In this document: positions 16,249-24,845 of the stretch, one piece after another
Numbering within the stretch: the first letter of the stretch is position 1
Layout of the letters: each line of letters starts with the position of its first letter
Source: an uncultured Oscillospiraceae bacterium
GTDB lineage: Bacteria; Bacillota; Clostridia; Oscillospirales; Oscillospiraceae
NCBI GenBank assembly: GCA_947631395.1
Contig: CANRLF010000002.1
Span: 5,179 to 69,178, forward strand
Direction of reading: 5' to 3'
DNA: 64,000 nucleotides
Translations under genes and position numbers: made by a program
Notes under the pieces: model-generated
Told to the model about the DNA's origin: nothing
The model's database searches: none
Seen by the model: the letters and a program-made list of their open reading frames with translations, nothing else

Positions 16249-18615
16249 ATGACGCTTTATGAGAAGTCGCAGGCTATATTGGAGCTGCCGGCGGTGCTGG
16301 AGATGCTGGCCGCCGAGGCGGTGAGCGACGGGGCAAAGGAGATGGCGGTGGAGCTCAGGCCGGTTTCGGACAGGGCCGAGGTGGAGCGGAGGCTCCGGGA
16401 GACCACCGACGCCAAGGAGATGATGGTGCTCTATTCCTCACCCTCCTTTTCCGGGGTGAAGGACATCCGGGACAGCCTGAAGCGGGCCGACGCCGGGGGG
16501 ATGCTGAATACCCGGGAGCTTACGGACATAGCCCATGTTTTAAGGGAGGCGAGGAGCGCCATAGCGTATGCCTCCGGGGACGAGAGGGGAAACAGGAGCA
16601 TAGGGTATCTGTTCTCGTCCCTCCACGCCAACAAGTATCTGGAGGAGAAGATAACAAACTCCATAATCGGCGATAACGAGCTTGCCGACTCGGCGTCGGC
16701 GGAGCTTGCGGATATACGAAGGGCCATGCGGGTGGCCGGAAGCCGGGTGAGAGAGGCGCTTCAGAAGATAATTTCCTCGCCCACATATCAGAAGGCCCTG
16801 CAGGAGCCCATCATAACCATGAAAAACGGCCGCTACGTGGTGCCGGTGAAGGCCGAGCACAAGGGGGCCGTGCCGGGGCTGACACACGACGTGAGCTCAT
16901 CGGGGGCGACCTTGTTCATCGAGCCCATGAGCGCGGTGAAGGCAAATAACGAGATAAGGGAGCTGTTGGCCCGGGAGGAGCGGGAGATAGAGCGCATACT
17001 GCGGGAGCTGTCCGCCGAGGCGTCTGATTTTTCCGAGAGCATAAGCCTGGACTATAACCTGCTTACACAGCTCGACCTCATATTCGCCAAGGCGAAGCTG
17101 AGCTATAAGCTCAACTGCGTCCTGCCGGAGATCTCGGAAAAAGGCGAGATGGTCCTTAAAAAGGTCCGTCATCCGCTGTTAAGGCAGTCCGAGGCGGTGC
17201 CCATCGACATAGAGCTGGGCGGGGACTTTGACACGATAGTTATTACAGGACCGAACACGGGTGGCAAGACCGTGAGCCTCAAGACACTGGGACTTACGTG
17301 CCTTATGACGCAGTGCGGCCTCCACATCCCGGCGGGGGAGGAGAGCCGTGTGCCGCTTTTTGATAAAATACTCGCGGACATAGGCGACGAGCAGTCCATC
17401 GAGCAGTCACTAAGCACCTTCTCCTCCCACATGACGAACATCGTGGGGATACTCTCTGAGTGTGGAGAGGGGTCGCTGGTGCTGTTTGACGAGCTGGGAG
17501 CGGGGACGGACCCGGCGGAGGGCGCGGCCCTAGCCATGGCCATAATCGAATACGCCAGGAGCGTCGGCGCGCGCATCGCCGCGACGACCCACTACGCGGA
17601 GCTGAAAATATACGCAATGACGGAAAAGGGCGTTATGAACGCCTCCTGCGAGTTTGACGTAAAGACACTGAAGCCCACATACAGGCTGCTTATGGGCATA
17701 CCGGGAAAGTCCAACGCCTTCGCCATCTCGGAGAGGCTGGGGCTTCCGGAGCACATAATCGAGGACGCCAGGCGCAGGCTGGACAAGGGCGACGCGGACT
17801 TCGAGGAGGCCCTGACGAGGCTGGAGGAGAACCGCAAGGCCGCCGAGGAGCGAAAGGCCGAGACGGCGGAGGCCCTGAGAAGGGCAAAGGAGGACCTGGA
17901 CGCCGCGGAGAAGGAGCGGAAACGGGCAGAGGAGGAGCGGCTGAAATTCACGAAGAACGCCCGGGGCGAGGCCGAGAGGATCATCGAGGACGCCCGCAGG
18001 GCCGCGGACGAGGCATTTAGAGAGATAGACAGGATGCGCCGCGAGGCGGCGTCGGACACCGACTGGCAGAGGCTCAATGAGGCCAGAGCGAAGCTACGCC
18101 AGGGCCTCAACGAGGCGGCGGAGAAGGTCACGCCGGAACGGGAGGCACCGATAGAGCGCAAGCCGACGCGGCCGGCCCAGAAGGGCGACACGGTGGAGAT
18201 AATATCCATTGGCTCCAGGGCCACGGTGCTGGAGGTAAATCCGGACGGCTCACTGAGGCTCCAGGCGGGCATAATGAAGGTGACGGCGAAGCAGAGCGAG
18301 GTCCGGGTGGTGGAGCAGGAGAAGGTCAGCGTAAAGCCGGCTCAGGTGTCGGTGCCGCATTCCTCCGAGGCCGCCAGATCCGAGCTGGACGTCAGGGGGA
18401 TGACGGCGGATGAGACGGTGGCGCTGGTGGAGCGGTTCATAGACGGGGCTCAGATGCGCCATATGAACACCGTGACCATCATCCACGGCAAGGGCACGGG
18501 CGTACTGCGTAAGGCCGTACACGATTGTCTTAAACGCTCAAGGCAGGTGAAGAGCTACCGCCTGGGGCGCTTTGGCGAGGGCGAGAGCGGAGTCACCATT
18601 GTGGAGATAAAATAG
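16249..18615 (+). CDS. mutS2: Endonuclease MutS2 (MutS domain V ATPase plus C-terminal Smr domain)
   Basis: Walker A GPNTGGKTVSLKT, LVLFDELGAGTDP, KR-rich coiled coil, C-terminal Smr (LDVRGMTADETV..IIHGKGTGVLRKAV). Confidence 0.95.
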   Translation: MTLYEKSQAILELPAVLEMLAAEAVSDGAKEMAVELRPVSDRAEVERRLRETTDAKEMMVLYSSPSFSGVKDIRDSLKRADAGGMLNTRELTDIAHVLREARSAIAYASGDERGNRSIGYLFSSLHANKYLEEKITNSIIGDNELADSASAELADIRRAMRVAGSRVREALQKIISSPTYQKALQEPIITMKNGRYVVPVKAEHKGAVPGLTHDVSSSGATLFIEPMSAVKANNEIRELLAREEREIERILRELSAEASDFSESISLDYNLLTQLDLIFAKAKLSYKLNCVLPEISEKGEMVLKKVRHPLLRQSEAVPIDIELGGDFDTIVITGPNTGGKTVSLKTLGLTCLMTQCGLHIPAGEESRVPLFDKILADIGDEQSIEQSLSTFSSHMTNIVGILSECGEGSLVLFDELGAGTDPAEGAALAMAIIEYARSVGARIAATTHYAELKIYAMTEKGVMNASCEFDVKTLKPTYRLLMGIPGKSNAFAISERLGLPEHIIEDARRRLDKGDADFEEALTRLEENRKAAEERKAETAEALRRAKEDLDAAEKERKRAEEERLKFTKNARGEAERIIEDARRAADEAFREIDRMRREAASDTDWQRLNEARAKLRQGLNEAAEKVTPEREAPIERKPTRPAQKGDTVEIISIGSRATVLEVNPDGSLRLQAGIMKVTAKQSEVRVVEQEKVSVKPAQVSVPHSSEAARSELDVRGMTADETVALVERFIDGAQMRHMNTVTIIHGKGTGVLRKAVHDCLKRSRQVKSYRLGRFGEGESGVTIVEIK

Positions 18616-18699
18616 TCCGCCGGGGCCTATTTGTGGGGGATTTGTCAAAATGACGCTAAACATCGCGAAAATCTCTCCAATATTCAACACTATTATTTA

Positions 18700-18728
18700 T
18701 TGACGGCGGGTTAACACTTTGGTAAAAT
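18700..18728 (+). promoter_or_regulatory. Sigma-A promoter for the HPr-like gene
   Basis: TTGACG (18700-18705), 17-nt spacer, TAAAAT (18723-18728). Confidence 0.55.
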
Positions 18729-18791
18729 GTCTGTATTGATTGAAGATACAGCGGTGGCTTCGGCCATGCACTTTAATGAGGAGGGGCATCC

Positions 18792-19055
18792 ATGTTTGCT
18801 AAAACAGTTGAGGTAAAAAACCAGGTCGGTCTTCGCGCCAGGCCCGCGACATTTTTCACCCAGAAAGCCAACGAGTTCAAGTGCCAGGTCTGGATCGAGA
18901 AGGAGGAGCGCCGCGTCAACGCCAAGAGCCTCCTGGGTGTTCTGTCCCTTGGCATCATCAAGGGCATGAGCGTGACCATCTCCGCTGACGGCGAGGATGA
19001 GGAACGGGCCGTTGAGACCCTCTGCGAGCTCATCTCCCACGACTTCGCCGAGTAA
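18792..19055 (+). CDS. HPr-family phosphocarrier-like protein lacking the catalytic His15 (Arg15) but retaining Ser46; Crh-like
   Basis: MFAKTVEVKNQVGLRARPATFF..RVNAKSLLGVLSLGI. The canonical GxHARPA motif is GLRARPA here (codon CGC at 18834-18836). The KS(46)xxGVxxLG regulatory site is intact (AGC at 18927-18929). Confidence 0.85.
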   Translation: MFAKTVEVKNQVGLRARPATFFTQKANEFKCQVWIEKEERRVNAKSLLGVLSLGIIKGMSVTISADGEDEERAVETLCELISHDFAE

Positions 19056-19074
19056 AGAGAACCAATAATAGAGA

Positions 19075-19110
19075 CGGCCTGTTTCAATAGCTGAAACAGG
19101 CCGCTTTGTT
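19075..19110 (+). terminator. Rho-independent terminator after the HPr-like gene
   Basis: CGGCCTGTTTCA (19075-19086) / TGAAACAGGCCG (19092-19103), then CTTTGTT. Confidence 0.7.
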
Positions 19111-19175
19111 GTAGAGACTTTGGACAGTGAGCCGGGGAGCGCGTCCGGCGCTTATCACCGGGGGGAGGCCGCGGG

Positions 19176-21002
19176 GTGAACAGGAAGCTTGACGAATTGC
19201 GGGAAAAGGCCGCGGCTTTGCCACTGAAGCCGGGGTGCTATATCATGCGCTCCGCGGACGGGACCGTCATATACGTGGGCAAGGCAAAGGCCCTGAAAAA
19301 CAGGGTGAGCTCCTACTTCCACGGCTCCCACAACCTGAAAACCGAGGCGATGATCTCAAACATCGACGACTTTGAGGTCATCATCGCCAAATCGGAGTTT
19401 GAGGCGCTGGTGCTGGAAAACTCACTGATAAAGCACCATAAGCCGAAATACAACATATTGCTGAAGGACGATAAGGGGTACCCGTTTATTAGGCTCGACA
19501 TAAAAAGTCCATATCCGCGGTTTTCCATCGCCTCAAGAAGGGCAAGAGACGGGGCGGAGTACTTCGGGCCCTTCGGCTCCAGGGGCAACACGAAGGCGGC
19601 GCTGGAGATGCTGTTGAAGGCGCTGAAGCTCCCGACCTGCTCCAGACGATTCCCGAGGGACCTGGGGAGAGAGAGACCGTGCCTCAACCACCACATGGGC
19701 GTCTGCGACGCCTGGTGCCGTGGGGTGCTGACAGAGGACGACTATAAGGCGCGGGTGGACGAGGCCGTCATGGTGCTGAAGGGCCGGGGCCGGGAGCTGA
19801 CGGCGGAGCTGACGGAGAGGATGAACGCCGCGGCGGAGGAGCTTAAATTTGAGGAGGCCGCCAGGCTCCGTGACACGGTGAAGGCGCTGGAGTTGCTTGA
19901 GACGCGTCAGACCGTGCTGAATAAGGGCGCCTCCGATACGGACGCCGTGGGGTATTTCGAGGGGGAGGCCAAGTCGGCCTTCGCCGTGCTCCACTACGTC
20001 CAGGGACAGCTGCTTGCCAAGGACTGCGAGCTTCTGGAGGACCCGCTGGGGGATTTCAAGGAGTCGGTGTCACTGCTGGTACGCCAGTATTATATGGACG
20101 CGGAGCTCATCCCCGCGAGGGTACTGCTCCCGATGGAGACGGAGGACCTGGAGGAGCTTCAGCAATTCCTGGCGGAGAAGGCCGGCCACGCCGTAACCGT
20201 CGCAGTCCCCCAGAGGGGCATGTACCGGGAATTTATCGCCGCCGCCATGGAGAACGCCAGGGAGGAGACGGAGCGCAACACAACAGCCACGGAGAGGGTG
20301 TCAAAGACGGCCCGGTGGCTGATGGACGCCCTGGGGCTCGCGGCCCCGCCGAGGAGAGTGGAGAGCTTCGACATTTCCAACACCGGCACCGACGACGTGG
20401 TGGCGTCCATGGTGGTATTTGTGGACGGGAAGCCAAAAAAGAGCGAATATAAAAAATTCAAAATGAGGACAATAGATGGGCAGGACGACTACGGCTCCAT
20501 GCGTGAGGCCGTGGGGAGAAGGTTCGCAAGGTATGTATCCGGGGACGCGGGCTTTGCGGAGCTTCCGGATATGCTACTCATTGACGGCGGCGACAGACAC
20601 GCCGAGGTGGCGAAAAAGGCCCTGGAGGAGAATGGCGTGAACGTGCCGGTATTCGGCATGGTGAAGGACGACCGGCACCGGACGAGGGCGCTGGTGACTC
20701 CGGAGGGACGGGAGATAGGCATACAGGCAAACCCGGCGGCTTTCGCATTTATCGGGAACATCCAGGAGGAGACGCACCGCTTCGCCATTGAGTATCACCG
20801 CTCACTGAGGTCGAAGCGGGTGAAAAAATCCCGGCTTGACGGCCTAGAGGGCGTGGGGGAGAAGCGAAAGGCGGAGCTTTTGCGGCACTTCAAGAGCGTG
20901 AAGGCCATAGGAGAGGCGAGCCTTGAGGAGCTGGCCGCGGTCATACCGAAAAACGCGGCAAAGGCCGTATACGACGAATTTCACAGGGGAGAGGAACAAT
21001 GA
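19176..21002 (+). CDS. uvrC: Excinuclease ABC subunit C
   Basis: GIY-YIG N-terminus (GCYIMRSADGTVIYVGKAKALKNRVSSYF), UVR domain, RNase H-like endonuclease domain, C-terminal (HhH)2. GTG start with GGGGGAGG 7 nt upstream. Confidence 0.95.
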   Translation: MNRKLDELREKAAALPLKPGCYIMRSADGTVIYVGKAKALKNRVSSYFHGSHNLKTEAMISNIDDFEVIIAKSEFEALVLENSLIKHHKPKYNILLKDDKGYPFIRLDIKSPYPRFSIASRRARDGAEYFGPFGSRGNTKAALEMLLKALKLPTCSRRFPRDLGRERPCLNHHMGVCDAWCRGVLTEDDYKARVDEAVMVLKGRGRELTAELTERMNAAAEELKFEEAARLRDTVKALELLETRQTVLNKGASDTDAVGYFEGEAKSAFAVLHYVQGQLLAKDCELLEDPLGDFKESVSLLVRQYYMDAELIPARVLLPMETEDLEELQQFLAEKAGHAVTVAVPQRGMYREFIAAAMENAREETERNTTATERVSKTARWLMDALGLAAPPRRVESFDISNTGTDDVVASMVVFVDGKPKKSEYKKFKMRTIDGQDDYGSMREAVGRRFARYVSGDAGFAELPDMLLIDGGDRHAEVAKKALEENGVNVPVFGMVKDDRHRTRALVTPEGREIGIQANPAAFAFIGNIQEETHRFAIEYHRSLRSKRVKKSRLDGLEGVGEKRKAELLRHFKSVKAIGEASLEELAAVIPKNAAKAVYDEFHRGEEQ

Positions 21003-21538
21003 GAGTGATAACCGGCTCCGCCCGGGGCAGGAGGCTCCGGGAGCCAGAAAATTACGACATACGCCCCACCACCGACAAGGTGAAGGAGGCGATGTTCAAT
21101 ATAGTCCAGTTCTCGGTGCCCGGGGCAAGGGTGCTGGATCTCTTCGCCGGCACGGGCCAGCTGGGGATAGAGGCGCTATCCCGCGGGGCCGCGGAGTGCG
21201 TATTTGTGGACAGGAGCCCGGAGGCGCTGAGGATCGTGAGGGAAAACCTGAAGGCCACGCGGCTTGAGGGCCTGGCGAAGGTGCAAAAATACGACTCGAT
21301 CGCCTATCTTCAGACGGCCAGGGACTTTGATCTTGTGTTCCTGGACCCGCCATACGCCACGGATCTATTGGAAAAAGCGATAAAAATCGCCGGAGGGTTT
21401 GACATATTGAGCAAAAATGGTATAATGATTTGCGAAAGCCCCCGGGAAAAGGAGCTCCCAGAGCTTCCGGAGGACAGATTTTCACGCAGGGAGTACAGCT
21501 ACGGGCGGATAAAGCTGACCACATTCACGAGGATTTGA
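20999..21538 (+). CDS. rsmD: 16S rRNA (guanine966-N2)-methyltransferase RsmD
   Basis: MRVITGSARGRRL, PTTDKVKEAMFN, LDLFAGTGQLGIEALSRGA and DPPY motifs. ATGA overlap with the uvrC stop. Confidence 0.9.
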   Translation: MRVITGSARGRRLREPENYDIRPTTDKVKEAMFNIVQFSVPGARVLDLFAGTGQLGIEALSRGAAECVFVDRSPEALRIVRENLKATRLEGLAKVQKYDSIAYLQTARDFDLVFLDPPYATDLLEKAIKIAGGFDILSKNGIMICESPREKELPELPEDRFSRREYSYGRIKLTTFTRI

Positions 21539-21541
21539 AAT

Positions 21542-22024
21542 ATGAAGATCGCGGTATATCCCGGCTCCTTCGACCCCATAACTCTGGGGCACCTCAATAT
21601 AATAAAGCGCGCCTCCAGGATATTCGACAGGGTGGTGGTGTGCGTGGCGGTAAACTCCGCCAAGCGGCCCACGTTCACGCTGGATGAGCGGGCGGACTTT
21701 GTAAGGCGCGTCACCGGCAAGTACGGCAACGTGGAGGTCGCGACCTGCGACGGACTGCTGGTTGAGTTTGCCCGGGAGCAGGGAGCCGGATTTATAATAA
21801 AGGGTCTGAGGGCCGTGTCGGACTTCGAGATGGAGTTCCAGATAGCGTTGCTCAACAAAAAGCTGGCCCCGGAGATAGAGACGGTGTTCCTCACCGCCGA
21901 CGAGAAGTATACATACCTCTCCTCCACCATCGCCAGGGAGATGGCCACATACAACGCGGACATCTCAAAGGTGGTACCCAGGGAGATAGCCGACGATGTG
22001 CTGAGGAGATTGTCAAAGCAGTAA
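21542..22024 (+). CDS. coaD: Phosphopantetheine adenylyltransferase
   Basis: MKIAVYPGSFDPITLGHLNII (T/HxGH motif); length is typical of CoaD. Confidence 0.95.
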   Translation: MKIAVYPGSFDPITLGHLNIIKRASRIFDRVVVCVAVNSAKRPTFTLDERADFVRRVTGKYGNVEVATCDGLLVEFAREQGAGFIIKGLRAVSDFEMEFQIALLNKKLAPEIETVFLTADEKYTYLSSTIAREMATYNADISKVVPREIADDVLRRLSKQ

Positions 22025-22049
22025 AAATATACAGAAAGGACATACAAAC

Positions 22050-22562
22050 ATGGGAAACGACGTTCAGGAGCTCATAGATATGCTGTACACGATGATCACT
22101 GACGCCTGGGGACTGCCCCTGGGCGCGGAGAAGTGCGTCATCGAGAGGGACAAGGTGCTGGATCTCTTGGATGAGATCAAGGCACAGCTCCCCGGGGAGC
22201 TGGCCGAGGCCAAGAGACTCGTGGCCTCCCGCGCCGAGTACGTCAGCAACGCCAAGCGCGAGGCAGAGTCCATGCGCAAGGTGGCCGAGCAGAGGGCCCG
22301 CCAGATGGTGGACCAGGAGGAGATCGTTCGGGCCGCCAAGATACGGGCCAACGAGATCATCGCCGCCGCCGAGGCCAAGTCCAACGAGCTGAGGAGAGTC
22401 GCCAACGACTACGCCGACGACGCCCTGAGGCGCACTGAGGAGGCCATAAACGAGGCCCTGGGAGAGGTCCGGGATTCCCGGTCCAAGTTCCGCGCCGCCT
22501 CCGCCAGTGTAATGCCCCAGCAGTCATCCAGCCCAGCCAGCGCCACCGACATCGAGCTGTAA
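22050..22562 (+). CDS. Conserved coiled-coil protein (ATP-synthase-b/E-like helical region), function unknown
   Basis: 170 aa, A/E/R-rich heptad-like sequence (AEAKRLVASRAEYVSNAKREAESMRKVAEQRARQMV...). I recognise no catalytic motif. Confidence 0.55.
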   Translation: MGNDVQELIDMLYTMITDAWGLPLGAEKCVIERDKVLDLLDEIKAQLPGELAEAKRLVASRAEYVSNAKREAESMRKVAEQRARQMVDQEEIVRAAKIRANEIIAAAEAKSNELRRVANDYADDALRRTEEAINEALGEVRDSRSKFRAASASVMPQQSSSPASATDIEL

Positions 22563-22586
22563 ACAGGGAAAAATACTAAATAATGG

Positions 22587-22625
22587 AAAACACCCGAGGA
22601 TTACATAATCCTCGGGTGTTTTTTA
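22587..22625 (+). terminator. Strong rho-independent terminator upstream of the dcw cluster
   Basis: AAAACACCCGAGGATT (22587-22602) / AATCCTCGGGTGTTTT (22607-22622), followed by TTT. Confidence 0.85.
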
Positions 22626-22743
22626 TGTCCACTGACAGACAGCCTGAAAATGGCCTATTCTGACGGAATTGGCACATATTGTGGTTTGCCCATTATGTAA
22701 ACACAAAAATTTAAAAAAATTTTGGAAAATTTAAAATTTACTC

Positions 22744-22772
22744 TTGCTTTTTTCCAGCCGCACCCCTATAAT
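22744..22772 (+). promoter_or_regulatory. Pmra-type promoter of the dcw cluster
   Basis: TTGCTT (22744-22749), 17-nt spacer, TATAAT (22767-22772). It is preceded by an A/T-rich UP-like tract (22705-22740). Confidence 0.6.
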
Positions 22773-22785
22773 AAAACCATCCCGA

Positions 22786-22808
22786 GTGGGGAGAAGTGGG
22801 GAGAAGTG
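22786..22808 (+). promoter_or_regulatory. MraZ-binding direct repeats (GTGGG boxes at 10-bp periodicity)
   Basis: GTGGGGAGAA GTGGGGAGAA GTG lies immediately downstream of the -10 and upstream of mraZ. Confidence 0.6.
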
Positions 22809-22850
22809 TTGAATATCCCCAAGAATATACGGAGAAAGGGGGGCTGGCTG

Positions 22851-23267
22851 ATGACCGGCGTATACAGACACAGCATCGACACGAAGGGCCGTCTTGCCAT
22901 GCCCTCGCGTATCCGTGAGGAGCTGGGTGAGGTCTTTTACGTGACCATATCCATGGAGCGGTGCCTGACGGCATACTCCTCGGAGAGCTGGGAGCGGTTC
23001 ATGGACAAGATAAAGGCCATGCCCAGGGTCAAGCAGATCAAGATGCGCCCGCTTTTTGCCCACGCGGCAAAGTGCGAGCTGGACAGCCAGGGGAGGATAC
23101 TCCTGCCCCAGGCGCTGCGGGATTTCGCCGCGCTGGACAAGAACGTCGCCATTGTCGGCGCCGGCGAGTGTGCTGAGCTTTGGGATGAGGCGGCATGGGA
23201 TGCCATCGACACGGTGGAGACCACGCCGGAGAACATCGCCGAGGTTCTTCAGGAGCTCGACTTTTAA
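22851..23267 (+). CDS. mraZ: Transcriptional regulator MraZ
   Basis: Two SpoVT/AbrB-like halves with DxxxR motifs (SIDTKGRLAMPSRIREEL and LDSQGRILLPQALRDFA). The ATG at 22851 is preceded by GAAAGGGGGG. The track ORF starting at 22722 is an upstream extension. Confidence 0.95.
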   Translation: MTGVYRHSIDTKGRLAMPSRIREELGEVFYVTISMERCLTAYSSESWERFMDKIKAMPRVKQIKMRPLFAHAAKCELDSQGRILLPQALRDFAALDKNVAIVGAGECAELWDEAAWDAIDTVETTPENIAEVLQELDF

Positions 23268-24199
23268 TGGGCGGAGCCCACGTACCGGTGCTTCTTAACG
23301 AGTGTATAGAGGGGCTTCGGTTGAGACCTGACGGCACATATGTGGATGGTACGCTCGGGCGGGGCGGCCATTCGGAGGCCATATGCCGGAGGCTTACCAC
23401 AGGCAGGCTCATCGGCATTGACCGGGATGAGGCGGCGATCGTAGAGGCCGGGGAACGACTCCGGCCGTGGTCCGGGCGAGTGACACTTGTCAGGGACAAT
23501 TTCCGCAGGCTCGGCGGCATACTGGACGACCTGGGTATAGAGAAGGTCGACGGTATGCTCTTCGACCTGGGCGTGTCCTCGCCCCAGCTGGACGACGCAA
23601 GCCGCGGGTTTTCCTATATGGCCGACGCGCCGCTGGACATGCGGATGGACAAGTCCGACGGCCTCACGGCCTACGAGGTGGTGAACACCTGGGACGAGGC
23701 GGAGCTCAGACGGATATTCTTCGAGTACGGCGAGGAGCGGTACTCCGGGCGTATCGCCTCGGCGATAGAGAGGCGCAGACGCTCATCTCCCATAGCCACC
23801 ACACTGGAGTTCGTGGAGGTCATAAAGTCGGCGATGCCGCCGGCGGCCCTCCGGGAGAAGCAGCATCCGGCGAAAAGGTGCTTCCAGGCCATACGCATCG
23901 CGGTGAACGATGAGCTCGGGGCGCTGAGGGAGATGCTGGACACGGCGCTTGACAGGCTCGCGACGGGCGGGAGGCTTTGCGTTATAAGCTTCCACTCACT
24001 GGAGGACCGGATAGTCAAGAGCGCCATCCGGGCCAGGGAGAACGGCTGTACCTGCCCGCCGGAATTTCCGGTGTGCGTGTGCGGATTTAAAAAGACGGTG
24101 ATGAGCGTGACGAAAAAGCCCGTGACGCCCGGCGAGGAGGAGCTGAGCTCCAACCCCAGGGCACGGAGCGCCAAGCTCAGGATAGCCGAGAGACTTTGA
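23267..24199 (+). CDS. rsmH: 16S rRNA (cytosine1402-N4)-methyltransferase RsmH (MraW)
   Basis: HVPVLLNECIEGL, DGTLGRGGHSE, DLGVSSPQLD and SFHSLEDRIVK motifs. TAATG overlap with the mraZ stop. Confidence 0.95.
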   Translation: MGGAHVPVLLNECIEGLRLRPDGTYVDGTLGRGGHSEAICRRLTTGRLIGIDRDEAAIVEAGERLRPWSGRVTLVRDNFRRLGGILDDLGIEKVDGMLFDLGVSSPQLDDASRGFSYMADAPLDMRMDKSDGLTAYEVVNTWDEAELRRIFFEYGEERYSGRIASAIERRRRSSPIATTLEFVEVIKSAMPPAALREKQHPAKRCFQAIRIAVNDELGALREMLDTALDRLATGGRLCVISFHSLEDRIVKSAIRARENGCTCPPEFPVCVCGFKKTVMSVTKKPVTPGEEELSSNPRARSAKLRIAERL

Positions 24200-24220
24200 T
24201 ACATTACCCCGAAAGGATAT

Positions 24221-24790
24221 GTGGACATGGCAATGACAGCAACCACCAGATACGCCTCCGGAGCGGTTTACGGGAGCGTCGCCTATGACCTGGACCGGGT
24301 GGAGCAGGAGGAATACGAGCTTCCCCGGGAGCAGACACCACAGGGCGACGAGCTGGCCCTTGAGCGGGCAAAGACCCGTGCCAGAGCCCGTGCCCGGGCC
24401 CGTGAAGAGGCGAAGGCCAATACATACGGCCTGCCGCTGCTGGCGATGGTGGGCGCGGTGGTCGCCGCGGCGATTTTTGTCCTGGTGCTTTTGGGACATG
24501 TGCGTCTGGCGGATGTGTCAGGCAGTATAAAGGCCGTGGAAAGCGACATCGCGGAGCTCGAGGAGCGCCGCGAGGCACTGGAGATAAAGCACAACATGGT
24601 CTTTAACATGAATGAGATCGAGACCTACGCCGTCAACATACTTGGCATGGTCAAGGGGGACACGGCGAATGTCACGTATCACAACGTGATACTTTCCGAC
24701 AGGGGAGAGGTCCTGGCGAAGGACGAGACGGCCACGGTAGCCGCGAGGGTCTCAAAATTCGTGACCTCTATCCCGGAATATTTCCGGTGA
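24221..24790 (+). CDS. ftsL: FtsL-like cell-division protein (single TM plus coiled coil)
   Basis: Position between rsmH and the PBP gene. One TM (LPLLAMVGAVVAAAIFVLVLL) is followed by a coiled coil (IKAVESDIAELEERREALEIK). The start is ambiguous (GTG 24221, ATG 24227 or 24233). Confidence 0.55.
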   Translation: MDMAMTATTRYASGAVYGSVAYDLDRVEQEEYELPREQTPQGDELALERAKTRARARARAREEAKANTYGLPLLAMVGAVVAAAIFVLVLLGHVRLADVSGSIKAVESDIAELEERREALEIKHNMVFNMNEIETYAVNILGMVKGDTANVTYHNVILSDRGEVLAKDETATVAARVSKFVTSIPEYFR

Positions 24791-24845
24791 ACCGAAATAT
24801 AGTAAAAAGCGAACAAATCTTCCGGCACGATTTAGGAGTTTCGAC

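Noticed and set aside
22669-22689. TTGGCAC ... TTTGC, resembling a sigma-54 -24/-12 promoter upstream of the dcw cluster (a similar TTGGCAC lies at 34213-34219 before ftsZ)
   Set aside because: The GG-to-GC spacing is 17 nt instead of the required 12, and the ftsZ-proximal copy has no TTGC element at all.
22722-22850. N-terminal extension of the mraZ ORF in the supplied track (also 23195-23266 for rsmH, 30592-30909 for murG, 50212-50352 for the WG/SLH gene, 50008-50133 for the pseudouridine synthase, 42088-42138 for the zinc-ribbon gene)
   Set aside because: The extensions cross promoters and MraZ boxes or overlap the upstream gene in another frame, and they lack an RBS. The internal starts have good RBS spacing and give canonical protein N-termini.
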